43,308 bases of DNA from positions 1-43,308 of the forward strand of contig DASTBJ010000013.1 of NCBI GenBank assembly GCA_035712125.1, read 5' to 3'. The translations under genes and the position numbers were made by a program. Origin of the DNA: Terriglobia bacterium (GTDB lineage: Bacteria > Acidobacteriota > Terriglobia > 20CM-2-55-15). This document shows, in pieces, positions 1-8,304 of the stretch. Below the pieces are notes generated by a model, which saw only the letters and a program-made list of their open reading frames with translations, was not told where the DNA came from and made no database searches. The stretch's first letter is position 1. The number at the start of each line of letters is the position of its first letter.

Positions 1-534
1 TTCGACAAGGATTCGTGCCGCAAGCGAATCCGCACTGTCTGCGTCGAGCACGGGCACGGCCGCTTGAAGCACGATCGGCCCGCCGTCGAGGGTATCGTTC
101 ACCAGATGCACGGTACAGCCGCTGAACTTTACACCGTGATCGAGTGCCTGCTGCTGCACATCACGACCGGGAAACGACGGTAACAACGACGGATGGATAT
201 TCAGAATCAGATTCGGATATGCCTGAAGCATGACGTTACTGAAGATCCGCATGAAACCCGCCAGCACGACCAGCCCGACATCCGCTGCTTCCAGCGCCTT
301 CACCAGTTCGGCATCGAAGGATTCGCGCAGTTTTCCTTTTGAGGCGATGAACAGCGTCTTCAGACCGCGGCTGCGAGCGCGCTCCAGCCCCGGCGCCGAT
401 TCGACGTTGCTGATGACGACTGCAATCTCTGCACGAAGCTTTCCCGATGCGACGTTCACGGCGATAGCTTCAAAGTTGGATCCCCGGCCCGAAAGCAGAA
501 TTCCGATCCGGCGATTGCGAGGCCGGATCTTCAT
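1..534 (-). CDS. purN: phosphoribosylglycinamide formyltransferase (PurN); partial, the C-terminus runs off the left window edge
   Basis: Absent from the ORF track because it is open at the window edge. My reverse-strand translation from the ATG at 534..532 reads MKIRPRNRRIGILLSGRGSNFEAIAVNV...VLAGFMRI...NIHPSLLPSFPG...GCTVHLV, a GAR transformylase pattern. Its ATG overlaps the purM stop (ATGA). Confidence 0.9.
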   Translation of the reverse strand, partial: MKIRPRNRRIGILLSGRGSNFEAIAVNVASGKLRAEIAVVISNVESAPGLERARSRGLKTLFIASKGKLRESFDAELVKALEAADVGLVVLAGFMRIFSNVMLQAYPNLILNIHPSLLPSFPGRDVQQQALDHGVKFSGCTVHLVNDTLDGGPIVLQAAVPVLDADSADSLAARILVE

Positions 535-1556
535 GCGCGATAGCTGACCCTCGGTTCGCCGGGAATGATTTGCCCTATGGCGTAGTGGGGAGTTTCCAGG
601 GTAGCGATGAACGCGTTGACGTTGGAAGGCCGCACGACGGCGACTATTCCAATGCCCATGTTGGTTGCACGCAACATTTCCATGGGGTCGATCTTCCCGA
701 TTCGCGCCATTACCTGGCACAACGGCAACACAGGCCAGGATCCCAGCTGGATCTGTGCTTCACATCCCTGAGGAAGAATGCGGTCGAGGTTCTCCGTGAG
801 CCCACCGCCCGTGATGTGTGCAAGTCCCTCGATTAGTCCGGCAGCGAGAGCTTTTCGAAGGACGGGCTCGTAGTTGAGGTGAGGCTTCAGGAGCGCTTCA
901 CCAACTGTCGTCTCCAGGCCTTCGACGGATGAATCCACGGTAAGGCCCGCGACCTCAAAGAACAATTTGCGAGCCAGCGAATACCCGTTGGTGTGGAGGC
1001 CTGCGGACGGCAGACCAACCAACACGTCGCCGTGACGGATCGACTTTCCGTCCAGGATTCGCGAACGATCGACGACGCCGACGATGAAACCGGCGATGTC
1101 ATAGTCGCCATCCGCATAAAAGCCCGGCATTTCCGCCGTCTCTCCGCCCAGCAAGGCGATGCCGGCCGCCTTACAGCCATTGGCAACGCCTTCGACCACG
1201 GAAACCACAACGTCCGGATCGAGCTTACCGGTCGCGAAGTAGTCCATGAAGAACAGCGGCTTCGCGCCCTGCACGAGGATATCGTTGATGCAGTGATTCA
1301 CGAGATCCGCCCCGACGGTGTTGTGGCGGTTCATCATCATCGCAATTTTCAGCTTGGTTCCGACGCCGTCCGTGCTGGACACCAGCACGGGTTCCTTCAT
1401 GCCGAAGTCGCAGGCGAACATGCCGCCGAAGCTTCCGATGTCGGACAGAACCCCGGGCGTGTATGTGGCGCGCGCCAGGCCCCGGATACGTTTAACCGCC
1501 GAGTTGGCGTTATCGATATTGACGCCTGCGTCCCTGTACGTGATTCCGCCGCTCAT
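531..1556 (-). CDS. purM: phosphoribosylformylglycinamidine cyclo-ligase (AIR synthetase, PurM)
   Basis: 341-aa ORF starting MSGGITYRDAGVNID, with SSTDGVGTKLKIA and ITGGGL motifs typical of PurM. It sits in a pur operon context. Confidence 0.95.
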   Translation of the reverse strand: MSGGITYRDAGVNIDNANSAVKRIRGLARATYTPGVLSDIGSFGGMFACDFGMKEPVLVSSTDGVGTKLKIAMMMNRHNTVGADLVNHCINDILVQGAKPLFFMDYFATGKLDPDVVVSVVEGVANGCKAAGIALLGGETAEMPGFYADGDYDIAGFIVGVVDRSRILDGKSIRHGDVLVGLPSAGLHTNGYSLARKLFFEVAGLTVDSSVEGLETTVGEALLKPHLNYEPVLRKALAAGLIEGLAHITGGGLTENLDRILPQGCEAQIQLGSWPVLPLCQVMARIGKIDPMEMLRATNMGIGIVAVVRPSNVNAFIATLETPHYAIGQIIPGEPRVSYRA

Positions 1557-1721
1557 TTAGGTTTTCTTCAGGGACTCTTCCCAGAGATCAAGTTGACGTT
1601 CCGCTTCCTTCGCGTCCGGAATGACATCGACGAAATCGAGCGGATACTTTCCGGTGTAACACGCCGAGCAAAACTCGTTCGGTTTTGCGTTCACAGCCTG
1701 CAGTAATCCCTGGAGGCTGAG
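1557..1721 (-). other. in-frame continuation of purF after the TAA; encodes the normal PurF C-terminal tail
   Basis: In the same frame as purF, the 54 codons after the TAA read LSLQGLLQAVNAKPNEFCSACYTGKYPLDFVDVIPDAKEAERQLDLWEESLKKT and end at TAA 1559..1557. That stop lies directly against the purM ATG (1556). Confidence 0.8.
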
Positions 1722-2966
1722 TTAGGCGAGAGAGTCCGCCGTGATGCGAATACGAATGTCTTCAAGAGTGTGCGTCGAGGCAATCAATTCTTTCCGGGTC
1801 GGTGTGTCCACGCCGTAGTAGCAGGGCCACATTGTCGGCGGGCACGTGATTCTCATATGGATTTCCGAGGCTCCCGCCGCCCGCACCATCTTCACAATCT
1901 TGCGGCTCGTCGTGCCGCGCACAAGCGAATCGTCGATCAGGATTACGCGCTTGCCCTTGAGGAGATCTTTCACCGGATTCAGCTTCACTTTCACGCCGAA
2001 GTGCCGGATGGCTTTCTGCGGCTCGATGAATGTGCGGCCGACATAGTGATTGCGTATCAGTCCAAATGCAAAAGGGATCCCGGATTCCGCAGCGTAACCG
2101 ATTGCTGCCGCTACTCCCGAGTCGGGGACGGGAACGACGATGTCCGCTTCGACCGGGCTTTCCTTTGCCAGCAGCCGTCCCATTTGGTCTCGGCTGGCTT
2201 GCACGGTACGGCCGAACACCATGCTGTCCGGTCGTGAAAAATACACATGTTCGAAGATGCATTTGGACGTTTTCGTTGACGGCAGAGCGTGCACGGATCG
2301 AAGGTTGTTGCCGCGGATCAGGACGATCTCGCCCGGCTCAACTTCGCGCTCATAGGTTGCATCGATCAGATCGAAGGCGCAACTCTCCGAGGCGAGCACA
2401 TACGACCCATTGAGTCGCCCGATACAAAGTGGTCGAAAACCGTTGGCGTCGCGAGCGCCGATAATAGCGTCCTTCGTAATCAGCAGGATCGAGAATGCGC
2501 CCTGGATCTGACTGACGGTTTCCTTCAGGGCTTCGATGATGTCGAGTTCCTGTGAGCGCGCGAGAAGATGGAGAATCACTTCGCTGTCGCTGGTTGATTG
2601 AAACAATGCTCCCTGAGCTTCCAGATCGCGACGAAGTCCCACCGCATTGATCAGGTTTCCGTTATGGCAGAGCGCCACCGGCCCGTATCGCATCGTCACC
2701 ATCAGCGGCTGGGCATTGCTTTCGGAACTGTCACCGGCCGTGGAGTACCGGGTGTGCCCGATGGCGTTCATACCCTTCAGCTTCGCGAGTGTGTCTTCAT
2801 CGTAGACGTCGGCGACGTGCCCCATCGACTTGTGAAGAAAGACGTGTTCCTCGTCCGAAGAAGCGATGCCTGTGCTTTCCTGGCCGCGATGCTGAAGCGC
2901 GTAGAGTCCGAGGTAGGTCAGTCGAGAGGCTTCAGCCTGATTGGCTATCCCGAAAATTCCACACAT
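1722..2966 (-). CDS. purF: amidophosphoribosyltransferase (PurF), ending at a premature in-frame TAA (see findings)
   Basis: I place the start at the internal MCGIFGI (ATG 2966..2964), because PurF is an Ntn amidotransferase that needs Cys right after Met. This also removes the overlap with purL. A PRTase motif (VILIDDSLVRGTTS) is present. The ORF stops at TAA 1724..1722 right after ..ITADSLA. Confidence 0.9.
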   Translation of the reverse strand: MCGIFGIANQAEASRLTYLGLYALQHRGQESTGIASSDEEHVFLHKSMGHVADVYDEDTLAKLKGMNAIGHTRYSTAGDSSESNAQPLMVTMRYGPVALCHNGNLINAVGLRRDLEAQGALFQSTSDSEVILHLLARSQELDIIEALKETVSQIQGAFSILLITKDAIIGARDANGFRPLCIGRLNGSYVLASESCAFDLIDATYEREVEPGEIVLIRGNNLRSVHALPSTKTSKCIFEHVYFSRPDSMVFGRTVQASRDQMGRLLAKESPVEADIVVPVPDSGVAAAIGYAAESGIPFAFGLIRNHYVGRTFIEPQKAIRHFGVKVKLNPVKDLLKGKRVILIDDSLVRGTTSRKIVKMVRAAGASEIHMRITCPPTMWPCYYGVDTPTRKELIASTHTLEDIRIRITADSLA

Positions 2967-3012
2967 ATTTAGGATCAGTCCCCCAAATGCCTGGTGTCCG
3001 AAGGTGAGACTC

Positions 3013-5223
3013 TTATGATAGCAGCTTCGGAAGAGTCCGTCTCCAGACGCTTTCAAGTTCCTCGATGGCCACGTCGACGGCCAGCTGCCCATTATGTTGG
3101 AGGATCAGCCGGTTACCGCCCACTCGGCCGATCTCCGTGCAGCGAAGAGCAGACCGTTCAGCGCGGCGCACCAGATCAGAAGCATGAATTGTAGTCAGGA
3201 GGATACGCGAGGAGTAGTCCCCGAATAGGTCCTTGCAGGCATCCATATATTGAGGAATTATTACAGCGGCCCCGATCGCCGGCCGATTTAGCGTGGAATA
3301 GCACATCTCCGCAAGCGCGACGGCAATGCCCCCGTCGGAGATGTCATGCGCGGATTTCACCATCCCGGCGCGAATCGCGTCGGAAACAAAGCTTTGCAAC
3401 GCACGCTCCTCGTTTAGGTCCACACGGCCGATCAGACGCGTCGGTGTCTCGATCAGCACGATCGAGTCGGCTTCGTCTTTGAAATCGGAAGTGGTGACGT
3501 GTACGAGGTTTTCGATGATTCCCACGACCCCGAGCACCGGCGTGGGATAGATGTCGCGTTCAAAGGTTTCGTTGTAGAAACTGACGTTGCCTCCGGTGAT
3601 CGGCGTTCCGAAAGCCGTACAGGCCTCCGTCATCCCATCCACAACTTCACTGAACTGCCACATGACTTCGGGATGTTCAGGGTTTCCAAAATTGAGGCAA
3701 TTGGTTGCCGCCAGCGGGCGTCCCCCCGAACAGACGAGGTTGCGGCAGGCTTCGGCCACCATCAACTTGGCGCCTTCACGCGGATTCTGCGCCACCCGGA
3801 AACCCGGGCCATCGAGTGTCATGGTCAGCGCCTTCTTGGTCCCCTTTACTCGAATGACCGCGGCATCGGAACCCGGGCCCACCATCGTGTTCGACTGGAC
3901 CATGTGGTCGTACTGTTGCCACACCCATTGGCGACTGCACAGGTTGGGCAACGATACGGCGAGTTTGAGCAGGTCACCACAGGACGTTTGGCCGTCGAGA
4001 AACTTCTGGATCGTTGCGTCGTCGGTGCCATCGAGGAATGGATAGAGTTCGATCGGCGATATTGGAAGGCTCGACGGCGCTTTCAGCGGCCTTTGATAAA
4101 CCGGTCCTTCGTCAGCGAGGGCTGTGTTTGGAATTTCAGCCTTCACCTGGCCGGCTTGTTTGACGCGCAACAGGCCATCGGGAGTCACGTAGCCCACGGT
4201 CACCGCATCCAGTCCCCATTTGTGAAAGACGTCGTGCAGTTCCTTCTCCCTGCCTTTTTCGGCAACCAGCAACATGCGCTCCTGAGATTCGCTGAGCATG
4301 ATTTCATAGGCGGACATAGAGGCTTCGCGCTGTGGAACCGTGTTGAGTTCAAGTTCAACACCGGTCCCGCCCCGCGCACCCATTTCACAACTCGAACAGG
4401 TCAGGCCTGCCGCGCCCATATCCTGTATACCCACCACGAGACCTTTGTGCATGGCTTCGAGGCACGCTTCGAGCAACAGCTTTTCCATGAAAGGATCGCC
4501 GATCTGGACGTTCGGACGTTTCGCACCTGCGTCTTCGCCGAATCCGGCCGACGCCATGGTCGCGCCATGAATTCCATCACGGCCCGTTTTGGCTCCAACG
4601 TAGATCACCGGATTGCCCACGCCTGACGCGCGCCCGTAAAAGATCTTGTCCTTTTCGAAGATGCCCAGCGCAAAGGCATTCACCAGTGGGTTCTGCGAAT
4701 AGCAGCTGGAGAAGGCGACTTCTCCGCCAATCGTCGGCACGCCGAAGCAGTTTCCATAAAAGGCAATACCGCCCACCACGCCTTCCATGATGCTGCGGTT
4801 CTGCGGATTTGTCAGCGGGCCGAACCGCAGACTGTTCATCGCGGCGATCGGACGCGCGCCCATCGTAAAGATGTCGCGAAGGATGCCGCCGACACCGGTC
4901 GCTGCACCTTGAAACGGCTCAATATAGGAAGGATGATTGTGCGATTCGATCTTGAAAGCCACCGCGAGGCCGTCCCCGATGTCGATGATGCCTGCGTTTT
5001 CGCCGGGCCCTTGAAGGACGACGGGACCTTTCGTCGGCAGGCGTCGGAGATGCACGCGCGAACTCTTGTAGCTGCAATGCTCGCTCCACATGACGCTGAA
5101 AATGCCGAGCTCGGTAAGGCTGGGCTCGCGCTTCAGGATGCCGACGATGCGTTGGTATTCGGAGTCGGTGAGACCGTGTTGAGAGAGTTGTTCCTGGGTG
5201 ATCATGTTGTCAAAGTGGTCCAA
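3013..5223 (-). CDS. purL: phosphoribosylformylglycinamidine synthase subunit PurL (FGAM synthase II)
   Basis: 736-aa ORF with [14 protein letters not shown] and ESHNHPS motifs. The track start at 5223 is a TTG. An ATG at 5205 (MITQEQL) is an alternative start. Confidence 0.93.
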   Translation of the reverse strand: MDHFDNMITQEQLSQHGLTDSEYQRIVGILKREPSLTELGIFSVMWSEHCSYKSSRVHLRRLPTKGPVVLQGPGENAGIIDIGDGLAVAFKIESHNHPSYIEPFQGAATGVGGILRDIFTMGARPIAAMNSLRFGPLTNPQNRSIMEGVVGGIAFYGNCFGVPTIGGEVAFSSCYSQNPLVNAFALGIFEKDKIFYGRASGVGNPVIYVGAKTGRDGIHGATMASAGFGEDAGAKRPNVQIGDPFMEKLLLEACLEAMHKGLVVGIQDMGAAGLTCSSCEMGARGGTGVELELNTVPQREASMSAYEIMLSESQERMLLVAEKGREKELHDVFHKWGLDAVTVGYVTPDGLLRVKQAGQVKAEIPNTALADEGPVYQRPLKAPSSLPISPIELYPFLDGTDDATIQKFLDGQTSCGDLLKLAVSLPNLCSRQWVWQQYDHMVQSNTMVGPGSDAAVIRVKGTKKALTMTLDGPGFRVAQNPREGAKLMVAEACRNLVCSGGRPLAATNCLNFGNPEHPEVMWQFSEVVDGMTEACTAFGTPITGGNVSFYNETFERDIYPTPVLGVVGIIENLVHVTTSDFKDEADSIVLIETPTRLIGRVDLNEERALQSFVSDAIRAGMVKSAHDISDGGIAVALAEMCYSTLNRPAIGAAVIIPQYMDACKDLFGDYSSRILLTTIHASDLVRRAERSALRCTEIGRVGGNRLILQHNGQLAVDVAIEELESVWRRTLPKLLS

Positions 5224-5241
5224 GCGTTGAAAGAGTCAGGA

Positions 5242-5284
5242 GGGAAATTTTGAAATTGGACGAATCCAATTTCAAAATTTTCCC
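5242..5284. repeat. AT-rich near-perfect palindrome / hairpin in the purQ-purL spacer
   Basis: GGGAAATTTTGAAATTGGA-cgaa-TCCAATTTCAAAATTTTCCC pairs over 19-20 bp with one bulged T. It starts 2 nt after the purQ stop. Confidence 0.6.
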
Positions 5285-5285
5285 G

Positions 5286-5963
5286 CTACCGTCCCGCGCC
5301 AGCCAGCGCGTTCACCATGGATTCGAAAATCAGTTTGCCGTCCGTACTTCCCAGAAGCGCTTCGCTGGACCGATCCGGGTGAGGCATCATCCCCAGAACA
5401 TTTCGTCCCTCGCTGAGAATCCCCGCGATATTTTCCAGCGAACCGTTCGGGTTTTCCCCGTGATACCTGAACGCGATTCGATCCTCTCCGTTAAGCCGCT
5501 TCAACGTTTCCGAGTCCGCAAAATAGTTTCCGTCACCGTGCCCAATCGGGATCCGGAGCACCTGCCCCTTTTTCATCTGGTTGGTAAAAGGAGAATTCGA
5601 CGTCTCGGTTGAAATGTTCAGAAACTTGCAGACGTATTGTCGCGTGACGTTCCGCATGAGGGCGCCAGGCAGAAGGCCGCTTTCGGTGAGGATCTGGAAT
5701 CCGTTGCAAATACCGATGACGAGTCCGCCTTTGTCTGCGAACTCCTTCACCGACTGCATCACCGGAGAGAATTTCGCCAACGCTCCGGTCCGCAGATAAT
5801 CCCCGTATGAGAACCCTCCCGGCAGAATGACGGCGTCGAAGCCTTTTAGCGAAGTGTCCTGGTGCCAGATGAACTCTACCGGTTTGCCGATCACGGTCTG
5901 CACGGCGTAATAGCAATCGTGATCGCAGTTCGAGCCAGGAAAGATGACCACACCGAACTTCAT
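5286..5963 (-). CDS. purQ: phosphoribosylformylglycinamidine synthase, glutaminase subunit PurQ
   Basis: [14 protein letters not shown]... with the GICNGFQ nucleophile elbow and a HPDR histidine region. I chose the start at ATG 5963..5961, which overlaps the purS stop (ATGA). The track ORF extends 4 codons further upstream. Confidence 0.92.
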   Translation of the reverse strand: MKFGVVIFPGSNCDHDCYYAVQTVIGKPVEFIWHQDTSLKGFDAVILPGGFSYGDYLRTGALAKFSPVMQSVKEFADKGGLVIGICNGFQILTESGLLPGALMRNVTRQYVCKFLNISTETSNSPFTNQMKKGQVLRIPIGHGDGNYFADSETLKRLNGEDRIAFRYHGENPNGSLENIAGILSEGRNVLGMMPHPDRSSEALLGSTDGKLIFESMVNALAGAGR

Positions 5964-6208
5964 CGCGGCTCCCACACGATGCGGAATTCCTCGATGACGG
6001 GATTGGTCAGGACTTCCTTTGCGAGCTTCTGGACGACTTCCTTACCTCTATCGGGTGAAACGCCATCAGCGATGTTCACATCGAAATATTTGCCCTGACG
6101 GACATCGGCCACTTCAGGCAGCCCCATGGATTCGACGCTCCGTTGAATCGTCATACCCTGGGGATCGAGCACAGTTGGTTTCAACGTAACGATGACGGTC
6201 GCTTTCAT
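5960..6208 (-). CDS. purS: phosphoribosylformylglycinamidine synthase subunit PurS
   Basis: 82-aa ORF reading [18 protein letters not shown]..., with the size and position typical of PurS directly upstream of purQ. Confidence 0.9.
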   Translation of the reverse strand: MKATVIVTLKPTVLDPQGMTIQRSVESMGLPEVADVRQGKYFDVNIADGVSPDRGKEVVQKLAKEVLTNPVIEEFRIVWEPR

Positions 6209-6720
6209 GCATTCTCCGCTTTTTCGGGAAGAAAAAATTGATCGGTCTCCGGATCGTAATCAAAAAGTTCAGCATAGCGTGCCCAGTCGACGATCGCGAG
6301 CACCTGTCGCTCGGATTCGTCCGGCGTAAACGACGAGCCCAGGAACTCCAGAATCACCTCGCGGCCAACCCGGTAGTCCGCCGTGGTTTCCAGTTCCGAG
6401 CGAATGCGGCGCGCCAGAAGTACACCGGCAAGCATTTGCTGCCTGAAGATGGCTTTCTTGGCGTTTTCGTCGCCGTCGACGACCTGGCGGCCAAGGTCTG
6501 ATAATTCGATGTCGCCGCTTTCGATTTTCACGAAGCCGAGCAGTTCGGCGGCTTCGGTGATCGGCATCAGATCGTTCAGTTTGAAGCCCAGCGATTCGCT
6601 GAGCTTATAAATGTCGATCTTGATGCCTTGTTCGTTGAGCGTTTCCAGGAGCCCGACGATTGAACCCACGCGGGCGTTGGGAAGCACGGGAATAGCCGTT
6701 GGTTTCTTCGTCTTCTTCAT
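6205..6720 (-). CDS. stand-alone AAA-associated C-terminal domain protein (AAA_assoc_C-like), accessory to NitT/TauT-type ABC ATPases
   Basis: 171 aa ending ..IVDWARYAELFDYDPETDQF. This matches my recollection of the W-[GA]-RYAELF-YD signature of that domain. It overlaps the upstream ATPase stop and the downstream purS start by 4 bp each. Confidence 0.7.
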   Translation of the reverse strand: MKKTKKPTAIPVLPNARVGSIVGLLETLNEQGIKIDIYKLSESLGFKLNDLMPITEAAELLGFVKIESGDIELSDLGRQVVDGDENAKKAIFRQQMLAGVLLARRIRSELETTADYRVGREVILEFLGSSFTPDESERQVLAIVDWARYAELFDYDPETDQFFLPEKAENA

Positions 6721-7514
6721 ACGATCAGGGAATACAACTCGTCCAGTTTCTCCTCAAACTGAGGAGATTTGCGCTTGCGAGGACGATCCAGCGTAATGGG
6801 GTGGTCCGCGACAATGGTTCCGGGCGCAGCAGCCATAAGGAGGACGCGGTCTCCAAGTAGGACGGCTTCCTCAACGCTGTGCGTCACCAGGATAATGGTG
6901 TTCGTCACGATCTCTTTCGATAGCCAGATATCGAGCAGTTGTTCCCGCAGGTTGGATGCCGTCAGTGCATCCAGGCCCGAGAATGGTTCGTCCATGCAGA
7001 GCAGCTCTGGCTCTACAGTCAGGGCTCGCGCCAGTCCGACACGTTGTTTCATGCCGCCGGAAAGTTCGCGCGGGTACGCCCGCTCGTATCCGTCCAATCC
7101 CACGATATCGATGTAGCGCCGGGCGCGCGCATAACGCGAAGGCTTGTCCAACCCACGTGCTTCGAGACCCAGCGCAACGTTCTCCATTACCGTGAGCCAG
7201 GGGAATAGGGCAAAGCTCTGAAACACCAGTGCGGTCTTCGGATTGACTCCCAAAATGCGGCTCCCGCGGTACAAAACCTCACCGGACGTTACGTCTGTCA
7301 GCCCCGTAATAGTGCGAAGAAGCGTGGATTTGCCCGCACCCGACGGGCCAATGACCACGACAAACTCGCCTTCCTGCACAACCAGACTGATCGGGCCCAG
7401 GATATGGATGCGGTTCGGAAAGGACTTGGTGATCTCCTTTAACTCCAACAGGGGGGCAGGGTGCTCCGCCGCTAAAGCCGCCGTTGAAGATGTGTCCTGG
7501 ACCTGAGACGTCAT
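6717..7514 (-). CDS. ABC transporter ATP-binding protein (nitrate/sulfonate/taurine-type)
   Basis: Walker A GPSGAGKST, signature LSGGMKQRV, Walker B LLCMDEPFSGLD, H-loop LVTHS. I chose the start at the internal ATG 7514..7512 (MTSQVQD...). The longer track ORF (to 7772) would overlap the divergent gene at 7693. Confidence 0.88.
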   Translation of the reverse strand: MTSQVQDTSSTAALAAEHPAPLLELKEITKSFPNRIHILGPISLVVQEGEFVVVIGPSGAGKSTLLRTITGLTDVTSGEVLYRGSRILGVNPKTALVFQSFALFPWLTVMENVALGLEARGLDKPSRYARARRYIDIVGLDGYERAYPRELSGGMKQRVGLARALTVEPELLCMDEPFSGLDALTASNLREQLLDIWLSKEIVTNTIILVTHSVEEAVLLGDRVLLMAAAPGTIVADHPITLDRPRKRKSPQFEEKLDELYSLIV

Positions 7515-7692
7515 TAGTAATTCAGTGCGAATCGCCGTTGCGCCAGATCGCCAGGCCGGCTGCCACACCAATGTAACTTCACGATGAAGGTTGAATAGTA
7601 CCATAGCCAGAACCGGGAACCGCGGACGGAGGGGGTAAGCGGCGTCGTTCCGGCTATTTATATGCCATGGCACAGCGGTAGACTGGATACTG

Positions 7693-8304
7693 ATGACCCG
7701 ACTCCGTCGATCCCAAATTGTGCTCGCCCTTGGCGCTATGGCCGGCCTGGCTACCGTCGCGATTTTATTCACCAGAAGCGAGGAACATTCGTTGAAGGAT
7801 ATCGATGGTGTCCGTTACGGATCGTTGGAGCGGCCGGCACAAGGACAATGGTCGGTTCTCTTCTTCCTCACGCCAGACTGCCCGATTGCGAACCAATACG
7901 CACCCGAGATCCGTCGCATCTGCGACACCTATGAAGGCAGCGGAGCGCGTTGTTTTCTGGTGTATGCGGACCCTTCGCTCAGCCAAGAGGCTGTTCGTAA
8001 ACATGCTCGCGACTACCACGGGTCGCGGTTTCCGGCGATTCTCGACGCGGACTACCGTTTGGTCGATGCCGCATCCGCGACGGTGAGTTCAGAAGTCGCA
8101 GTTTTTTCGAGTCACGGCAAACTCGAGTATCGTGGCCGCATCGATAATTTTCATGCGGATCTCGGAGTTCCTCGACAGCAAGCCACCCGGCATGATCTAC
8201 GCGACACTCTCGACGCGCTTATTGCGGGCCGGAACGTCCCCAATCCACGAACGGAAACCGTCGGATGTTTCCTGCCGACGCGAATTTCAGGAGGCCCGCT
8301 ATGA
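7693..8304 (+). CDS. exported or membrane-anchored thioredoxin-fold (redoxin/AhpC-TSA-like) protein with a single-Cys motif
   Basis: 203 aa with an N-terminal hydrophobic segment. The thioredoxin-like core reads WSVLFFLTPDCPIANQ, so CPIA replaces CxxC. Its stop overlaps the next start (ATGA at 8301..8304). Confidence 0.65.
   Translation: MTRLRRSQIVLALGAMAGLATVAILFTRSEEHSLKDIDGVRYGSLERPAQGQWSVLFFLTPDCPIANQYAPEIRRICDTYEGSGARCFLVYADPSLSQEAVRKHARDYHGSRFPAILDADYRLVDAASATVSSEVAVFSSHGKLEYRGRIDNFHADLGVPRQQATRHDLRDTLDALIAGRNVPNPRTETVGCFLPTRISGGPL

Noticed and set aside
993-1706. Long antisense or alternative-frame ORFs inside housekeeping genes: 993..1706 in purM, 3499..4626 in purL, 32321..33208 in topA, 34341..35051 in folC, 35644..36282 in plsC, 21641..22450 in the ABC membrane gene, and 230..547 opposite purN
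   Set aside because: Each lies fully within a gene whose product I recognise confidently on the other strand or frame. Their translations are Arg/His-rich and carry no recognisable motif. This is typical of GC-rich shadow ORFs.
7668-7683. Exact TGGCAC hexamer upstream of the redoxin gene, considered as a sigma54 -24 element
   Set aside because: The -12 position reads TAGAC, so there is no GC dinucleotide at the required spacing. The site is also only about 10 nt from the ATG at 7693, which leaves no room for a start site and an RBS.
7515-7692. Possible ZTP (pfl) or other purine-related riboswitch in the leader of the ABC-pur operon, suggested by a repeated CTGGCG on the minus strand
   Set aside because: Only the short CUGGCG-like fragment resembles my recollection of the pfl motif. 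No downstream CCGCCUGGGC-type pseudoknot partner fits before the ATG. A covariance-model scan would settle it, but I see no support by eye.
7515-7772. N-terminal extensions in track ORFs: 6717..7772, 13616..14707, 15748..17457, 29019..30200, 30444..31793, 34239..35552, 11096..11680, 1722..3092 and 37341..42653
   Set aside because: The extensions overlap neighbouring genes or run through intergenic hairpins. Internal starts give canonical N-termini (MCGIFG for PurF, and signal or Tat peptides for others) and usually have a Shine-Dalgarno sequence or an ATGA coupling. I therefore used the internal starts.
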